From Felis catus (lineage: Eukaryota), in the NCBI RefSeq assembly GCF_018350175.1, contig NC_058383.1, positions 5,520,001 through 5,584,000 on the forward strand: DNA of 64,000 nt, in the 5' to 3' direction. A program made the translations under genes and the position numbers. Each line of letters starts with the position of its first letter. The first letter of the stretch is position 1. The notes under the pieces were generated by a model. The model was not told the DNA's origin and made no database searches. It saw nothing but the letters and a program-made list of their open reading frames with translations. Positions 1 to 12,435 of the stretch are shown in pieces.

Positions 1-556
1 TGTTTTTATCTTATTTCCCCCTCCCTTTCCCTGTGTTCATCTGTTTCGTTTCTTAAATTCTGCATATGAGTGAAATCATATAATATGTCTCTTCCTCTGA
101 CTTATTTCACTTGGCAAAATACCCTCTAGGTCCATCCACGTTGTTGCAAATGGCAAGATTTCATTCTTTTTGATTGGAGTAATACTCCATTGTGTGTATA
201 TACCACATCTTTATCCATTCATCAAGCGGTGGACGTTTGGGCTCTTTCAATACTTTGTAAGGAGTACTGCTCCCTCGTAGATAATAATGCGTAAGCATCG
301 GGGTGCATGTGCCCCTTTGAATCAGCATTTTTGTATCCTTTGGATAAATACCTAGTAGTGCAATTACCGGTCGGAGGGTAGTTCCATTTTTAATCCTTTG
401 AGGAACCTCCATCCTGTTTTCCAGAGCAGCTGCACCAGTCTGCATTCCCACCAGCAGCGCAAAAGGGTTCCCTCTTCTCCGCATCCTCACCAACGTGGTG
501 TTGCCTGAGTTCCTGTTAGCCATTCGGACAGGTTCGAGGTGGTATCTCATTGTGAA
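1..556 (-). mobile_element. LINE-1 fragment (ORF2 C-terminus and 3'UTR), carnivore-type
   Basis: Minus-strand translation MRYHLEPVRMA...GTCTPM...DEWIKMWYIHTMEYYS is the L1 ORF2 C-terminus, degenerate. Confidence 0.92.
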
Positions 557-1271
557 ATGACTATACTTTTTAACAACCAAAACGGAGTGTTAAAATAAAG
601 GACTTTAAAACGCACACCTATCCAGAATAAATCTCAACAGGATGTCAGGTTAAAAAAAAGCAATTTGTAAGCTGTGGACAGTGTGAAAGTGTACATTTGA
701 AGACACAACATGCAATACTCTTTATTGTTCACGGCTGCTTAACCGAGACAGTAGAAGTATGAAAGCACGGCCGGGAAGGACACAGGCCAACCTCAGGGCT
801 GAGAGGTTGCTTCAAGAGAGAGAATGAAATCCACCAGGATGCGAAGGGGATTTCTTAAAATAAGAATTGGAAACTTGCAGAGCAACAATGTTAACATATA
901 TCAATTCTGGGTGTGTGTAGCGGGGGAGGGGGGGGGGGACACGCACGAGCCTTTAGTTTCGTCCCTATAGTCAGTCTTCCGGAAATTTGAGCCACTCCAT
1001 AATTAAAAAAAAAAAAAAAAGAGCAGTGTTGAAAGTTTCTCTTTTTGTTTTTCACCCTTCCGCCGTCTCCACCTTTTAAACCGAGGCCTGGGGTGGCGTG
1101 GGGTGACAGGACTGGGGGCTATGGGGTGAGGAATGAAAACTGGCCCGGTGGGGGGCAGGGAGGTGAGGCTCACCGCCTCCTTCGCAGATCCACTTTGGCT
1201 CCGCCTCCGCCCAGCGGTATCCACGGCAACCAGGGTCAAAGCTCGCTCGGACCAGGTGTCAAGCCAGGCTC

Positions 1272-1290
1272 CGGGCGCCACCTGGTGGTC
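1272..1290 (-). promoter_or_regulatory. CTCF binding motif
   Basis: Minus strand reads GACCACCAGGTGGCGCCCG, matching the core CCASYAGRKGGCRS, within a locally CpG-retaining non-repeat segment. Confidence 0.75.
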
Positions 1291-1799
1291 TTTCTGGTGA
1301 CCCAAGAGTGGGTCAGGGGACCGCCTTGAGAGGCGCTCCTTAAAAATAAAGACCAGCGTTGTCCTGTCGCACCGGGTCCCTCGTAGCTGCCCTTAGGGCA
1401 GTGGCGATTCATCCCAGAAAATGCTTTCATTAAAGTTCGGCTGCAGCCGTTGGCCACGCGGGGTTTTGGGGGTGTCTCCAGGAGTCCTTCAACGCTCCCG
1501 CCATTTGCAGGTGTGTGTCTTCATGGGGACCCCCCCAGACCTCGCGGTTAAAAAGTCTCTTGGGCATGTGGACTTCCAGAGAGCATAAACCCATTCTTCT
1601 CTATTTTTTTAAATTTGCTTTACTCTAAAAGTAACATACATTTGTAGAGAGCTTGGAAAATCATCTCACCACCCACACATAACCAGAACTAACATTCGGG
1701 CTTTATCCTTCTAGTATCCCTCTGCTCCATTCATTTTTGAGGGGTTGGTTTCTTACAAAATTGGAAATTCACAGGCTCAGAGGGATTTTCTGCCAGGAA

Positions 1800-1995
1800 A
1801 GGTAGACCTGGGTTATAAGCCCAGCTCCCCTGCTTAACTGTCCCCTCAGGCAAACGGATGAACTTCTCTATGTCTCAGTCTTCCGACCTGCAAGATGGGA
1901 ATATTAACTGCATCTCATAGGGCCACTTGGAAATTTTCGATGATGTAATGCGAATGAAACATCTAGCACCGTGCCGAATACATAGTAAGGATTCG
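1800..1995 (+). mobile_element. MIR SINE
   Basis: MIR core-like ctgggtt...cccagctc...tctcagtcttcc...gcaagatggga...acatagtaagg. Confidence 0.7.
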
Positions 1996-2159
1996 CACCT
2001 TGGCCATCGCTAAAATTATAGCAGCACTCAGCGTGATATAATTACAATATTCTGCAGCCCACTTTCCCCACTTACACACAGCATACGCATTTTCCTCACG
2101 TGGAGGAAAAACCTAGTTTTTTCCTTGCTGTGTGGAGAAGCGTCCTTGCTTCTCTACTA

Positions 2160-3028
2160 TGTTATGTCTTTTACCGGTGGGTCTCCTCTGCTGCTCGCAG
2201 AAAACACTGCGCTGCTGACACTTCTGGTCACCAGATGTGTAGAAGTTTATCCCCGTGCCAAGCAACTCCCCGTGACACCAGGTGGGTGTCCTGCAATTTA
2301 ACTCAATCCTAACACTACCTACCTGGAGATGGTGTCAGATCCTGCAAGGTGAAGGGCTCCACCCTTAAGTCTGCAAGACGGCCCCCGTCCCCACTTCAGA
2401 TGCCTGTGTCAAATCCAGATTGCCTGTGGTCTGTGCTTCTGACCAACGGCTCCAGATTGGAGATCCCAGTGCCCCCCTCCTTGAGTTCAATTAATTTGCG
2501 AGAGTGGCTCACAGAACTCGGGGGAACACTTACTTACATTTACCAGTTTGTTAAAGGATATGGATATTATTATATTATTAAAGGCGAGGTCTGGGAGCTT
2601 CTGTCCCTGTGGAGTTGGGTATGTCATTCTCCCCGGGGCCTCGAAGCTCCCCGAGCCCATACCGTTGGGATTTCGTGGAGGCTTCCTCATGCAAGCGTGA
2701 TCGATTATTAACTCCATTTCTGGTTCCTCTCCTCTCTCCGGAGAAGCGGAGGGGGAAGGGCTGAAAAGTCCAAGCTTCTCATCATGACTTGGTTTTTCTG
2801 GTGACCAGCCCCCATCCAGGAGCCCACCCAGAGTCACCTCGTTAGAGCAGAAAAGTACTCCAGTGCTCTCATCAGTTAGGAATTTACAAGGGGGTTAGGA
2901 GCCCTGGGTCGGGGACATGGTCAAAGACAATTATTAGACCAGAGATGCTCCCGGGGTTCTCAATAAAGTAGAGGTTCAGTGCCAGAAACTGGGGGGCTGA
3001 GACCAGTATAGACTTTTTATTCTCTCAC
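2160..3028 (-). mobile_element. MER21-like solo LTR
   Basis: gacacttctggtcaccagatgtgt...ctacctggagatggtgtcagatcc...ggctcacagaactc resembles recalled MER21. Confidence 0.7.
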
Positions 3029-3060
<32 letters not shown>

Positions 3061-3062
3061 TG
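3029..3062. repeat. (TG)n microsatellite ending in CG repeats
   Basis: Direct sequence. Confidence 0.95.
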
Positions 3063-3939
3063 TATCTCCTTAAATATTATCTAAGAATGGGGTCCTAAAT
3101 GATCACATGATGTTTCAACATGCAAATATATCCAATAACTTGTTTTTGTTTCCAATAAATTATTTAACCAACTCTCCACCTTTGGATTCAAAACGTTCCT
3201 TTTTTTTTTCTTTTTTTCTTTTTATAAGCAGTGCTCTAGAGAAGATTCCTCATTAGCTGCTTCCCCCATTGATGATTCATTGAGGCCTTCCCCTCTCCAG
3301 GATCAAATAAACATTTTCCTAAGTGTGTTCAGTTCCATTACGGCTCCAGATTTTTAATTGAGTTCTTTAATCCATCTGGAATGTATTTCGATGCCGTGAA
3401 GTGAGAGCTAAGAAGTCTCGTTTTATTCTCCTTCACAATAACCTCACGCACTGTCCCGGCATCATCGACCACTCCTCCATCCAATCACTCTTCACTGGTT
3501 CGTCGAACCACCCTTATTAGAGTCTAAACTCATCTCCATGCTGGCTGGCTGCTGGGCCCATTGTTCTGCCTCCTACTGCAGGTGTGGCTATTGGCCACGG
3601 GCATCGTTTTGTTGAGTCCCAGGGGAGCTCAACCTTTTGGCACAGGGCACGACTTTCAGACAGGAGGAGCCAAGGCTCCAGCTCTTCCCCAGCCTGTGTT
3701 GACTGTCTTTGCTATCTTTCCTGCACCACGGACAATCTTCTATTGCTGTTTAGCGTCAAGCCCAAAACTTGCCTCCTGTATGGCCCGCCATTTCCCTCCA
3801 TGGTCGTATCTATACTTGGAAATCTCTCAGCACTTATGTATTTGTACTCAGCCTCCTCATGGGCGGCAGGTTGTGTTTTCCAATGATGGCCTCACCAGTA
3901 CATTTATCCATCCTACGTACTCTTGTTAAAAAAAAATCG

Positions 3940-4614
3940 ACTGACTTGCCTCTCCCTGAGAAGTGGAGTCTGTGTGCCTTCCCGTGAGTCTGGACCTTCT
4001 AGTTGCCCCATCCAATGGACCACAACCAGAGTGATGCCAAGTGATCCCTGGGATGAGGTCATAAAAAGGATATGGCTTCTTCCTGACTCTCTCTCTCTCT
4101 TTCTCTCTCTCAGTCCTTACCTTTGGAATCCAGCCACCATCTTTTGAGAAAGCCTAAGTCACAAGGAGAGGCCACGTGTAGGTGCTCTGGCCAGTATCAA
4201 CTGTCAGACATGTGAATGAATGACATGATTTTGGCCTCAGCCTTCTAGCCTTCCAGAATTCCAGCTGAGGACGCAGACATTAAGAAGCAAAGATAACGGG
4301 GTACGGGGAGGACAGGAAATTGTTGTTGATGAGGGCAAAGTTTCTGTTTGGGATGATGAAAAAGTTCTGGACTTTGAGAGTGGTGATGACCATACAACAT
4401 CATGCATGTGTTCGAATGGTACACTTAAAATGATAAATTTTACATTCTGTGTATTTTACCACAATAAAAAAATATATATTAAAGGGGAAAAAAACCCAGA
4501 AAACAAAGATGAGTCATCCTCAGTTTCCCTCTTGAAATTCCTGAGCCACAGAAATCAACCCCAAAACTAAGTTTTGAGGTAATTTTTGTTATGCAGCAAT
4601 AGCTAACTAATACA
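3940..4614 (+). mobile_element. MaLR LTR (MLT1F/G-like) interrupted by an L1M 3' end (~4295-4480)
   Basis: MLT1 terminus ttgttatgcagcaatagctaactaataca. Internal L1 tail gatgatgaaaaagttctgg...gtattttaccacaataaaaa. Confidence 0.7.
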
Positions 4615-4899
4615 GACATGATCTCCTACCTTGCAGAAAAAGAATACGCGCCTTTTCAGGAATAAATGGTAAGCTTTCAGGGCAAAGTCTCTCCCCACAG
4701 CAACTAAAACACTGCTAAGGACACAGTAGGTGCTCAGAAAACGTTTGTAGACTTGAATGTTCTAAGTTACAGATGCGATCTTCGATCCTTTCACAGTGCT
4801 TAAAGTTACAGCATCAATCAGAGACCTTACAAAACTCAACCTGCTGTCAAGAAGGTCTGAACTAACGATTACTGGGCACCCCTGCGCCAGGAACATCAT

Positions 4900-5145
4900 C
4901 TCCATTACGGTTAAGTCCCCGGGTTCTGGAGTCGGGCAAACCCGGGTTCAAATCATACCACCATACTTACCAGCCGTGTGGTCTGGGGCAAGTTACTTGA
5001 TCATGTGGGACCTCCGTTTCCTGAACCGCAACATGGGTTTCGCAGAACCACTTTCGGAGAGATGTGTGAGGATTAAGCAGCGTAAATGCACATAGATCAC
5101 GAGCAAACGTGAGGTGCACATTCAGTGCTCGAGAAATGTTAGCTG
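4900..5145 (+). mobile_element. MIR SINE
   Basis: ctggagtcgggcaaacccgggttcaaatc...gggcaagttactt...ctccgtttcct. Confidence 0.75.
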
Positions 5146-5274
5146 TATCTCATTTGCCCTTCATATCAGCTCTGCAATGCGAGTGCAGACTTATGTCTGT
5201 TTTACTGATGGGGAAGGAAACTTTGGAAGCGTGGGCCACCTGCTAACACGAGTGGCCAGGGGGTAGAGCCTGGC

Positions 5275-5638
5275 ATGCATCGGCTTGCTCTGGCTGCCAC
5301 AACCCCCACAGAAATTAATTTTCTCACAGTTCCGGGGGTTAGAAGTCAGAGACCAAGGTGACAGCAAGTTGGGTTCCTTCTAGGCCTTTCTCCTCAGCCT
5401 GTAGATGCGGTCTTGTCCCTGTGTCCTCACGTGGTCATCCCTCTGTGCGTGTCTGTTCCCTAATCCCCTCTTCCTAGAAGGACGCGAATCATAATGGATT
5501 GGGACCCACACGTACGACCTTCTTTAACTTAGTCACCTGTTTAAAGACCCTAACTACAAAACAGCTCCATTCTCAGGGAGTGAGGTTTGGGACTTCTGCA
5601 TGTGAATTTCGGGGGGGGGGCACCTGGTTCAGCCCATC
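5275..5638 (-). mobile_element. MaLR LTR (MLT1A/B-like)
   Basis: tttctcacagttccgggggttagaagtc...tcctcacgtggtcatccctctgtg...ttcagcccat. Confidence 0.8.
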
Positions 5639-6283
5639 GCGGCCCCCTTCCTGTTGTTCCTGAAACATGTGGAGGTGAAGGTCTGTGCTGGGACCTTGGT
5701 CTCGGCCTGTCCCGGGTCTAGGGCTGCGTGTCCGGACCAGAAGGAAACACCCAATCGGTGAGGTACGTTCAGGGAGAACAGCCTGTTCCACGTGAGGCCA
5801 GGCTGTCAGACTCCGCCGCTGCCCTCCAGGCCTTGGCAAGACTAGAAAGTAAAACCGCATGGAGCGATGATTGTTCAGACAGGTCCAGGCCGGCAGGGCT
5901 CACCTCCTCACAAAGACCCGGGAGAGGGGAACAAAATATCTGTTGCCTAAGTGGAGAGGAACAAACCTTCAATTAACGACTCCCTGGGGGTTGTGGGGTG
6001 AGAGGAGGTGGGGAGGCGGCTAGACAGTAAAAAATTTCCATCTGTAGTGGCTGTGAAAATCTGCCGGGATGGCTTCGCAGAGGAGACAGACAAGAAGTAC
6101 AAATTAACAAGCAAGATGGTTTCGCATGATGGCAGCGGCCGTGAAGAAAGTGAAGCCGTGTGATGTGACAAGGGGGGCAGGAGGTGACCCCTTGTACAAA
6201 GAGGATGGTTGGGGGCACGGCCTCTTTGAGGAAGTGGCATTCGAGCTGCAGCCTGAAAGACGAGGGTCATGGAAAGATCTAGA

Positions 6284-6535
6284 ACCGGGTTTCTGGTCCT
6301 CAGGACTGTGGACATTTTGGCCAGGATAATTCACTGCTGCAGGGGGCCGTCTTGTGCCCTGGGCGGGGGGGGGGGGGCACGAGGGGGGGGCGAGGTGGCA
6401 AGCAGCCTCCTTGGCTTCTACTCCCCGGACGCCAGTGAGGTCTCCTCAGCCACCCGCCCCCAGCGTGAAAACTAAAAATGGCTCCGGACAGCCCCAAATG
6501 CTCCCCCCCAGGGCGAAGTCACCCCTGGTCCCGGG
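6284..6535 (-). mobile_element. MER20 (hAT-Charlie) DNA transposon relic
   Basis: gacattttggccaggataattc...gacagccccaaatgctcccccca matches reverse MER20. Confidence 0.7.
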
Positions 6536-6814
6536 GAAGGGTGTTCCGGGAAGAAGGCACAGTAAACATGAGGCTGCTGAGGTGAGAACAAGCTCGGGCA
6601 GGTTTTCTGGGAACAGAAGTTTCCAGAAATGAAAGTTTTCAAGGAAGTGACGGTTCGTGGGTGGAGCCCAGTGAGGGAGGAGAGTGGGGAGGTAGGTAGA
6701 GGCCAGGCGACTGGGCGCCTGATGGCCTGACGCTGTGGGAAGGGGGAGGAACTCAATCTGACCTGAAACTTCTCTCCAGCTGTGGGGGGCACACATGGGG
6801 GCGAGATGGTAAGC

Positions 6815-7200
6815 GTGTAGTTTCCTGGGGCTGCTCTGACAAACAGCAGGAATAAATTCTCCTATTCTGGGGGCCAGGAGTCCAAACTCAAGGTGTCGGC
6901 AGGGCCGTGGGTTTGAAGGCTCTAGGTGAAGACCCTCCCTTGCACCTTCCAGCTTCTGACGGCCCCAGACGTTCCTTGGCGTTCCTTTCTGTCTTCGAAT
7001 GCCTCTTCCCTGTGTCTCTCTGTGCCCGCTCCTCTTCTTATGAGGTCACCAGTTATTGGAAGTAGGGCCCCCCTCGACCCAGGATGATTTCAGCAGGAGA
7101 TCCTTAACCAAGGACATTTGCAAAGACCCTATTTCCAAAGAAGGTCCCAGTCTGAGGTTCTGGGCGGATGTGAATTTCGGGGGACACTATTGAGCCCACC
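6815..7200 (-). mobile_element. MaLR LTR (MLT1B/C-like)
   Basis: aaggtgtcggcagggcc...acatttgcaaagaccctatttccaaagaaggtcc...ggggacactatt. Confidence 0.8.
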
Positions 7201-8287
7201 CCAGCAAGCAAGCAGGAGGCAGGGTGGCTCCAGGCAAGGACTGGTGGGGCCTGGGCCATGGGGCTCCAACGAGATGGAGTGTCGGGTGGCTCACACAGCA
7301 GGCATCCCCACCTTGACCTGCTGGGCCCGTGTTTGGCACAGGGGTCCCAGGGCTTGCCCCCGCCTCCCCACATCTCCTCACTGCAGGGAGGAGTCGGCCC
7401 TGACAGCCAGCATCGAGGCTTCCCTGGAACCACTGCCACCCTTCCCCCCTTTCTGGCCTCTGGCGCTGGGTTTGGGGCTCCCCTCCACTCCTCCAGGGCG
7501 CCGGGGCCTCCTGCGCTCAGAAGCTTCCGAGAAAGCACAATTTAGCCCCGGGCTCCTGCCTTCCTCCTAAAGCTCTCACGTGAACATTTTTCTTCAAGAA
7601 CAGAGATTAGGAGCCTTTATCTCTGGGCCAAGGGCAAAACAGAAGAATGTCCCTGGGTTTCCTAGGCACACGGCCCTCATCGTCCACGCAGGGCTGGGCG
7701 TGTTTATCAGGTTTCAGTCAATGGAGATTTTTGTTCTCTCCCGGTCCTATTGGAGGATATGGGACATCGCTGGCCCCTAAGCCCCGCCCCCCCCCACCGT
7801 GGTCTGGGTGTGCCCCTTCCCCCACACCCCGGGAGTGGGGCCTGAGGCTCCAGGAAGGTTCCGCCAGCAGGAAGCCTAGCTCCCACCCTCTCAAGGGTGG
7901 TAATTAGGGCTCTTGGTGGGTGGGGGCCACGCGGGCAGGCAGGGGTGAAGATGTGGAAATGATCCCAAGCTGTCAGGGTAGGGGTGGAGAAAGGCGTGGG
8001 CAGGGACAGGAGGAGGGCACCCTGGAATGGACGCGTTTGGGGAAAATCAAAGCACATTCAGTGGTGTTGTGTCACCTCCGTTTACTTTCAAAACATTGCC
8101 ATCACCCTGAGGAAGACCCCATACCCTTTAAGCAATTGCGCCACCCAACCCCCGCCCTCACCCCTGTCGCCTTCCACCAGCCCCTGGCAAGCACCCGACG
8201 GCCCCTGTGTTTTGAGGGATGTGCCTTCCTCTTCCGTCTCTCTCTGGCTCGACATGAAAACTAAAAAAGTGAGAAAGAATAATCCCA

Positions 8288-8378
8288 TGAGTGCCTGGAT
8301 GACTCAGTCCGTGGAGAGTGAGACATGATCTCAGGGTCATGGGTTTGAGCCCCATGTTGGGAGTGGAGCTTTCTAAAA
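8288..8378 (+). mobile_element. Short tRNA-Lys-derived felid SINE (tSINE-like)
   Basis: tRNA-like head followed directly by gttgggagtggagctttctaaaaa, with no (CT)n body. Confidence 0.6.
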
Positions 8379-8379
8379 A

Positions 8380-8388
8380 GGAAAGAAA

Positions 8389-8457
<69 letters not shown>

Positions 8458-8473
8458 AAAAAGAAAGAAAGAA
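8380..8473. repeat. (AAAG)n tetranucleotide microsatellite
   Basis: Direct sequence, about 94 nt of homopurine. Confidence 0.97.
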
Positions 8474-8475
8474 AT

Positions 8476-8687
8476 GGGGCGCCTGGGTGGCTCAGTAGGT
8501 TGAGCGTCTGACTTTTGGTTTCAGCTCAGGTCATGATCTCAGGGTTCGTGAGTTCAAGCCCCAAGTTGGGCTCTGTGAGGACAGTACAGAGCCTGCTTGG
8601 GATTCTCTCTTTCCCTCTCTCTGCCCTTTCCTGGCTCATGGTCACTTGCTCTCTCTCTGTCTGTCTCTCTGTCTCTCTGTCTCTCTG

Positions 8688-8737
<50 letters not shown>

Positions 8738-8747
8738 TAAATAAACT
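8476..8747 (+). mobile_element. CanSINE with (CT)n(CA)n expansion
   Basis: GGGGCGCCTGGGTGGCTCAG head, CT tract, AATAAA tail. Confidence 0.93.
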
Positions 8748-8879
8748 TAGAAAGAAAGGAAGAGAGGAAGATCTCAGCCCTCTGGCCATTAATCCTGGGC
8801 CACGGTGGGCCCAACATACAGGACACCGGTTAGATTACTTTTAATACTCCTCCATAAGACCACATTGTTTTCGGGAGTA

Positions 8880-9835
8880 ACTGCAAAAATGATTATTGCC
8901 TAGATTTGTTCTTCAGTTTTAAAACAATCAAAATTTTAGGAAAGAAGAATACATTTTTATTGGTAAAGATATTGTTCAAATTCACTAGAATATTTCACAT
9001 AGGAATTAGAAGTTACATTTAATCCAGGTGCCTAGGTAGCTCACTCAGTTGAGTTGGTTGACTTCGGTTCAGGTCATGATCTCAGTCGTGAGTTCAAGCC
9101 CCACATCAGGTTTTATGCTGATAGCTCAGAGCCTGGAGCCTACTTCTGATTCTGTGTGTCTTTCTCTCTGCCCCTCCCCGTCTCGTGCTCTGTGTCTCTC
9201 AAAAATAAAAATAAACGTTAACAAAAATTTTTTTTAAGTTACACTGAATCAAAACATCACACTTGTTTTTGCTTTGTTTCTCGCTTTTAAATCTTAAACC
9301 CAGATGAAAATTCCCCGAGGGGTCGTGCGAAAGGACAGAGCCCAAGAAATTCACTTTCAGAGCCTTGCCTTCGCAGTCACTATCTCTGGAAGATGTGGTT
9401 GTCTCACAGGAGTGAGAGACATAAATCGCACCCAAAGTCAGTTCCAGTAACACCGACCCGGGAACGAAGTGGGTCCACGCATGACGGGGCCTGGGCGCCT
9501 AACTGCAAGGTCTCTAAATTAACTGTCATGCTGAATGCGATGCTTCTTAAAGCTTGAGGAATAAAAAGGTGCACGTTTGAATTTAAATTTACATATATAT
9601 TATTAAAACCCAACACTGACTGCAGCTAGTGTCTAAAACTTAAACCACAGTAATTTCTTTTCCAGAGGAGTATTTTACCACTAGTGTTTAGAATTGCTGA
9701 CACTAAATGATAATAAAAGGCATGCAAATTTCGGGCTGAGTTTACGATTTTAAATGCTCAGCGGAAAACGCACCTCCTTGTTGCCTGTGCTTGGGGTGGT
9801 CTGCTCCCCCTGCCCTGCCCTTGGTGTGTCACTGG
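8880..9835 (-). mobile_element. MER97-like (hAT-Tip100) DNA transposon end, interrupted by a CanSINE (9026-9236)
   Basis: Ends in cccttggtgtgtcactg. gaggagtattttaccac...tttagaattgctg resembles the recalled MER97 terminus. SINE flanked by agttacatttaatc/agttacactgaatc. Confidence 0.6.
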
Positions 9836-9995
9836 CTGGGGGCTTTGGGGGGAAAGACTCCGGAGGCAGCCTCCCCAGCCCCTCACCGGACATGGGGAGG
9901 AAGCCACAGCCCGGGTGTTTGTTGGTGGTCTTTACGTATATCAAGGGGAGCCTACACTCTGCAAGGGAGACGAAAGAGATAGAAGGAAATGCCAA

Positions 9996-10260
9996 GGGGC
10001 ACCTGGGTGGCTCCGTAGGTTAAGCGCCCGACTTCGGCTCAGGTCGTGATATCGCGGTTCGTGGGCTCGAGCCCCACATCCGGCTCTCTGCTGTCACAGA
10101 GCCCACTTCAAATCCTGTCTCCCTCTCTCTCTCTCTCTCTCTGCCCCTCCACGGCTCACCCTCTCTCTCAAAATAAATAAACTTGAAAAAATTAAGGAAA
10201 AAACACCAAAAAGCATTAAAATTAAATAAATAAACATTAAAGAAAAGGGGGGGGAGGGAA
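9996..10260 (+). mobile_element. CanSINE
   Basis: Head, body and tail; TSD gaaatgccaag. Confidence 0.92.
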
Positions 10261-10289
10261 GAAAGAAATGCCAAGCCCCTGAATCAAAC

Positions 10290-10520
10290 CAACACTGAAG
10301 CAGGTGTGAATCACCCCTGAATATAAATGCAGACCAACAATGGCCAGACCATACGTTAAAATAGAACCCCGACCCACGGCATGGGCAGCCTTCCCAGCCT
10401 GCCCCTTCCCCGCCCTTTCCAACTCAGGACCAATGGGAGAAGCCAGGAATGCTCCCCCACCCATCGCACAGGATGCCCCCTGACTCCCTCGGGATGGTAA
10501 GCTGGGAATGAAGAGCCTCC
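10290..10520 (+). mobile_element. Old LTR fragment (MER110/MER90-like)
   Basis: aacaatggccagaccatac...aaaatagaaccccgacccac resembles recalled ERV1 LTR relics. Confidence 0.45.
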
Positions 10521-10704
10521 GTTCATGGTCACTCACGCGGTCCTCGAGTGGTCGCAGGCGCCCCGTTAGCTGCTGGAGCGGCCCCCAGTGTGTTTTATGT
10601 TACTTAACGTCCTCACCGAAGGCACTCCCCTCAGCCTCCCCCGCGACAAAGGAGGGATGATTATGTCCACTCCACCTGCCGGTGCCTGGCATACCAGATG
10701 ATTT

Positions 10705-10907
10705 CTTTTTTTATTTATTAAGTTTATTTCTTTATTTTTGAGGGAGAGGGAGCAGGAGCACGAGCGGGGGAGGGGCAGAGAGAGAGAAGCCTGAGCAGGC
10801 CCAGCACAGAGCCAGATGCGTGGCTCGCACTCGCGAGCCATGAGATCGCGACCCTGAGCTGAAATCCGGAGCCGGATGCTTAACCGACTGAACCACCCAG
10901 GCGCCCC
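10705..10907 (-). mobile_element. CanSINE
   Basis: Reverse head ccacccaggcgcccc; TSD agatgatttct. Confidence 0.92.
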
Positions 10908-11336
10908 TAAGATGATTTCTGCTAGAAGGAGATGAAAACCAGGACTCAGGCTGGGTTCAACCGTGAGGATATTTGTTATCTCGCGTCGCCAGACCTCTGG
11001 AGGGACGGCCTGTCCAGAGTTGTCGCCTGGGCCTCAGGAGGCCTCCCTGAGTGGTTTCAAGATATCTGTGCTATTCCGTGTCACATCCAGACACGTGAAC
11101 TTCCACAGAGAGTCTATTTTTCCTTCTGAAGGTCCCTTGGGAGCAGACACCTCGTTGAACAGGATTATACCACACGGCCACACTTGAGCCCCACGAAGGC
11201 TGAGACACCGAAATTATTATGACTGGCAGGTGCCGATCAGGATCCGCCCATGGAGTTGTGACCGGTGTGAGGCTCCCCTCGCCCCTTCCCCTGGCCTTCC
11301 GGAATCAGATAAATATCTGAATAAAAAGTGAGATCT

Positions 11337-11567
11337 GGGGCGCCTGGTTAGCTCAGTTGGTTAAGCGTCCAACTCTTGATTTCAGCACAGGTCACGATTT
11401 CACGATTCATGAATTCGAGCCCTGCATCAGGCTCTATGCTGGCTGTGGGGAACCTGTTTGGGATTCTCTCTCTCCCCCTCTCTCTCTCTCCCTCCCTCTC
11501 TCTCTCTGCCCCTCTCCTGCTTGCTCTCTTTCTAAAATAAATAAACCAAAAAAAAAAAAAAAAAAAA
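11337..11567 (+). mobile_element. CanSINE
   Basis: Head, CT tract, polyA; TSD aaaaagtgagatctg/aaaaagtaggatctg. Confidence 0.92.
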
Positions 11568-11809
11568 GTAGGATCTGCCAGGAAGGAGGAGGAGGGTGGG
11601 GAAGGACGTTGAGGACTGTCACACCTGGGCAGTATCCCCCCCGGGCATTTTATTTCAGATCCTCAATGAAAAGAAGGTACTGCACCCCAGCCTTCCTTGG
11701 GCTGCTCCCCACGCGGGCCTGGTCTCTTCCCATTTATCACAGGCGACAGCCTCACCCAACTTCCTCACTGGCCTGCCTTCCCTTTGGAAAGGAGAGTCAC
11801 TGGGAATGT

Positions 11810-12435
11810 GGGATGCAAAACCGGGCATGGGGGGGGTGTCCCAAGACCATTTTCACTTCCGGCACCAACTGCAAAGTTCGGAGGTCCCCAAGACCACCCT
11901 CAGGCTTGGTAGTTTCCCAGGACTCACAGAACTCACTGAGAGCCTGTCGAACTCAAGATTATTCTTATTTTATTTTACACTTTATTTCATTACAGTGAAG
12001 CATACAGATTGCAAGAGATTCTGGGGGCAGAGGGCTCCACATGTGGGTCTTCCTGCTGTTCCCCTCCCCCCCCAAGGGGAAGTGCGGGAGATGCTAACAT
12101 CTCCCAGCAAGAAACATGTGATGATGTGAGTGGAGTATCTCCGACCAGGGAAGCCCTTGCCCCAGTCTTGCCGTCCAGAGTTTTTACTGGGGCTCCGTCA
12201 CATAGACATGGTTGACTCCCCATATGGCTGACCTCAGCTACCAGCCTCCCCAGAGGTCAAACCGTGTGGCTCCAGGCCTCCACCATAAATCACATAGTTC
12301 GCTGTCTGGCATTGCACAAGGTCCCCAGGTAAACAGAGGCTCTTACCGGCCAGGACATACCGGGACTTAGAGATAACCTCCCAGGAGCTGAAGGCAAAGG
12401 CCAGATCTTCCTTTGGGTCACGTCTGTTCTTTGCT
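11810..12435 (-). mobile_element. MER21C/MER77-like LTR
   Basis: gtccccaagaccaccctcagg...ggactcacagaactcactgag...aaaggccagatcttcctttggg. Confidence 0.6.

Noticed and set aside
161..580. 139-aa minus-strand ORF
   Set aside because: Degenerate LINE-1 ORF2 C-terminus, not a host gene.
8288..8378. tRNA-like sequences (this and all SINE heads)
   Set aside because: tRNA-Lys-derived SINE heads with A-rich tails; no intact cloverleaf.
11357..12129. Long ORFs (213 aa and 177 aa)
   Set aside because: Run through SINE, polyA and LTR sequence with no protein-like character.
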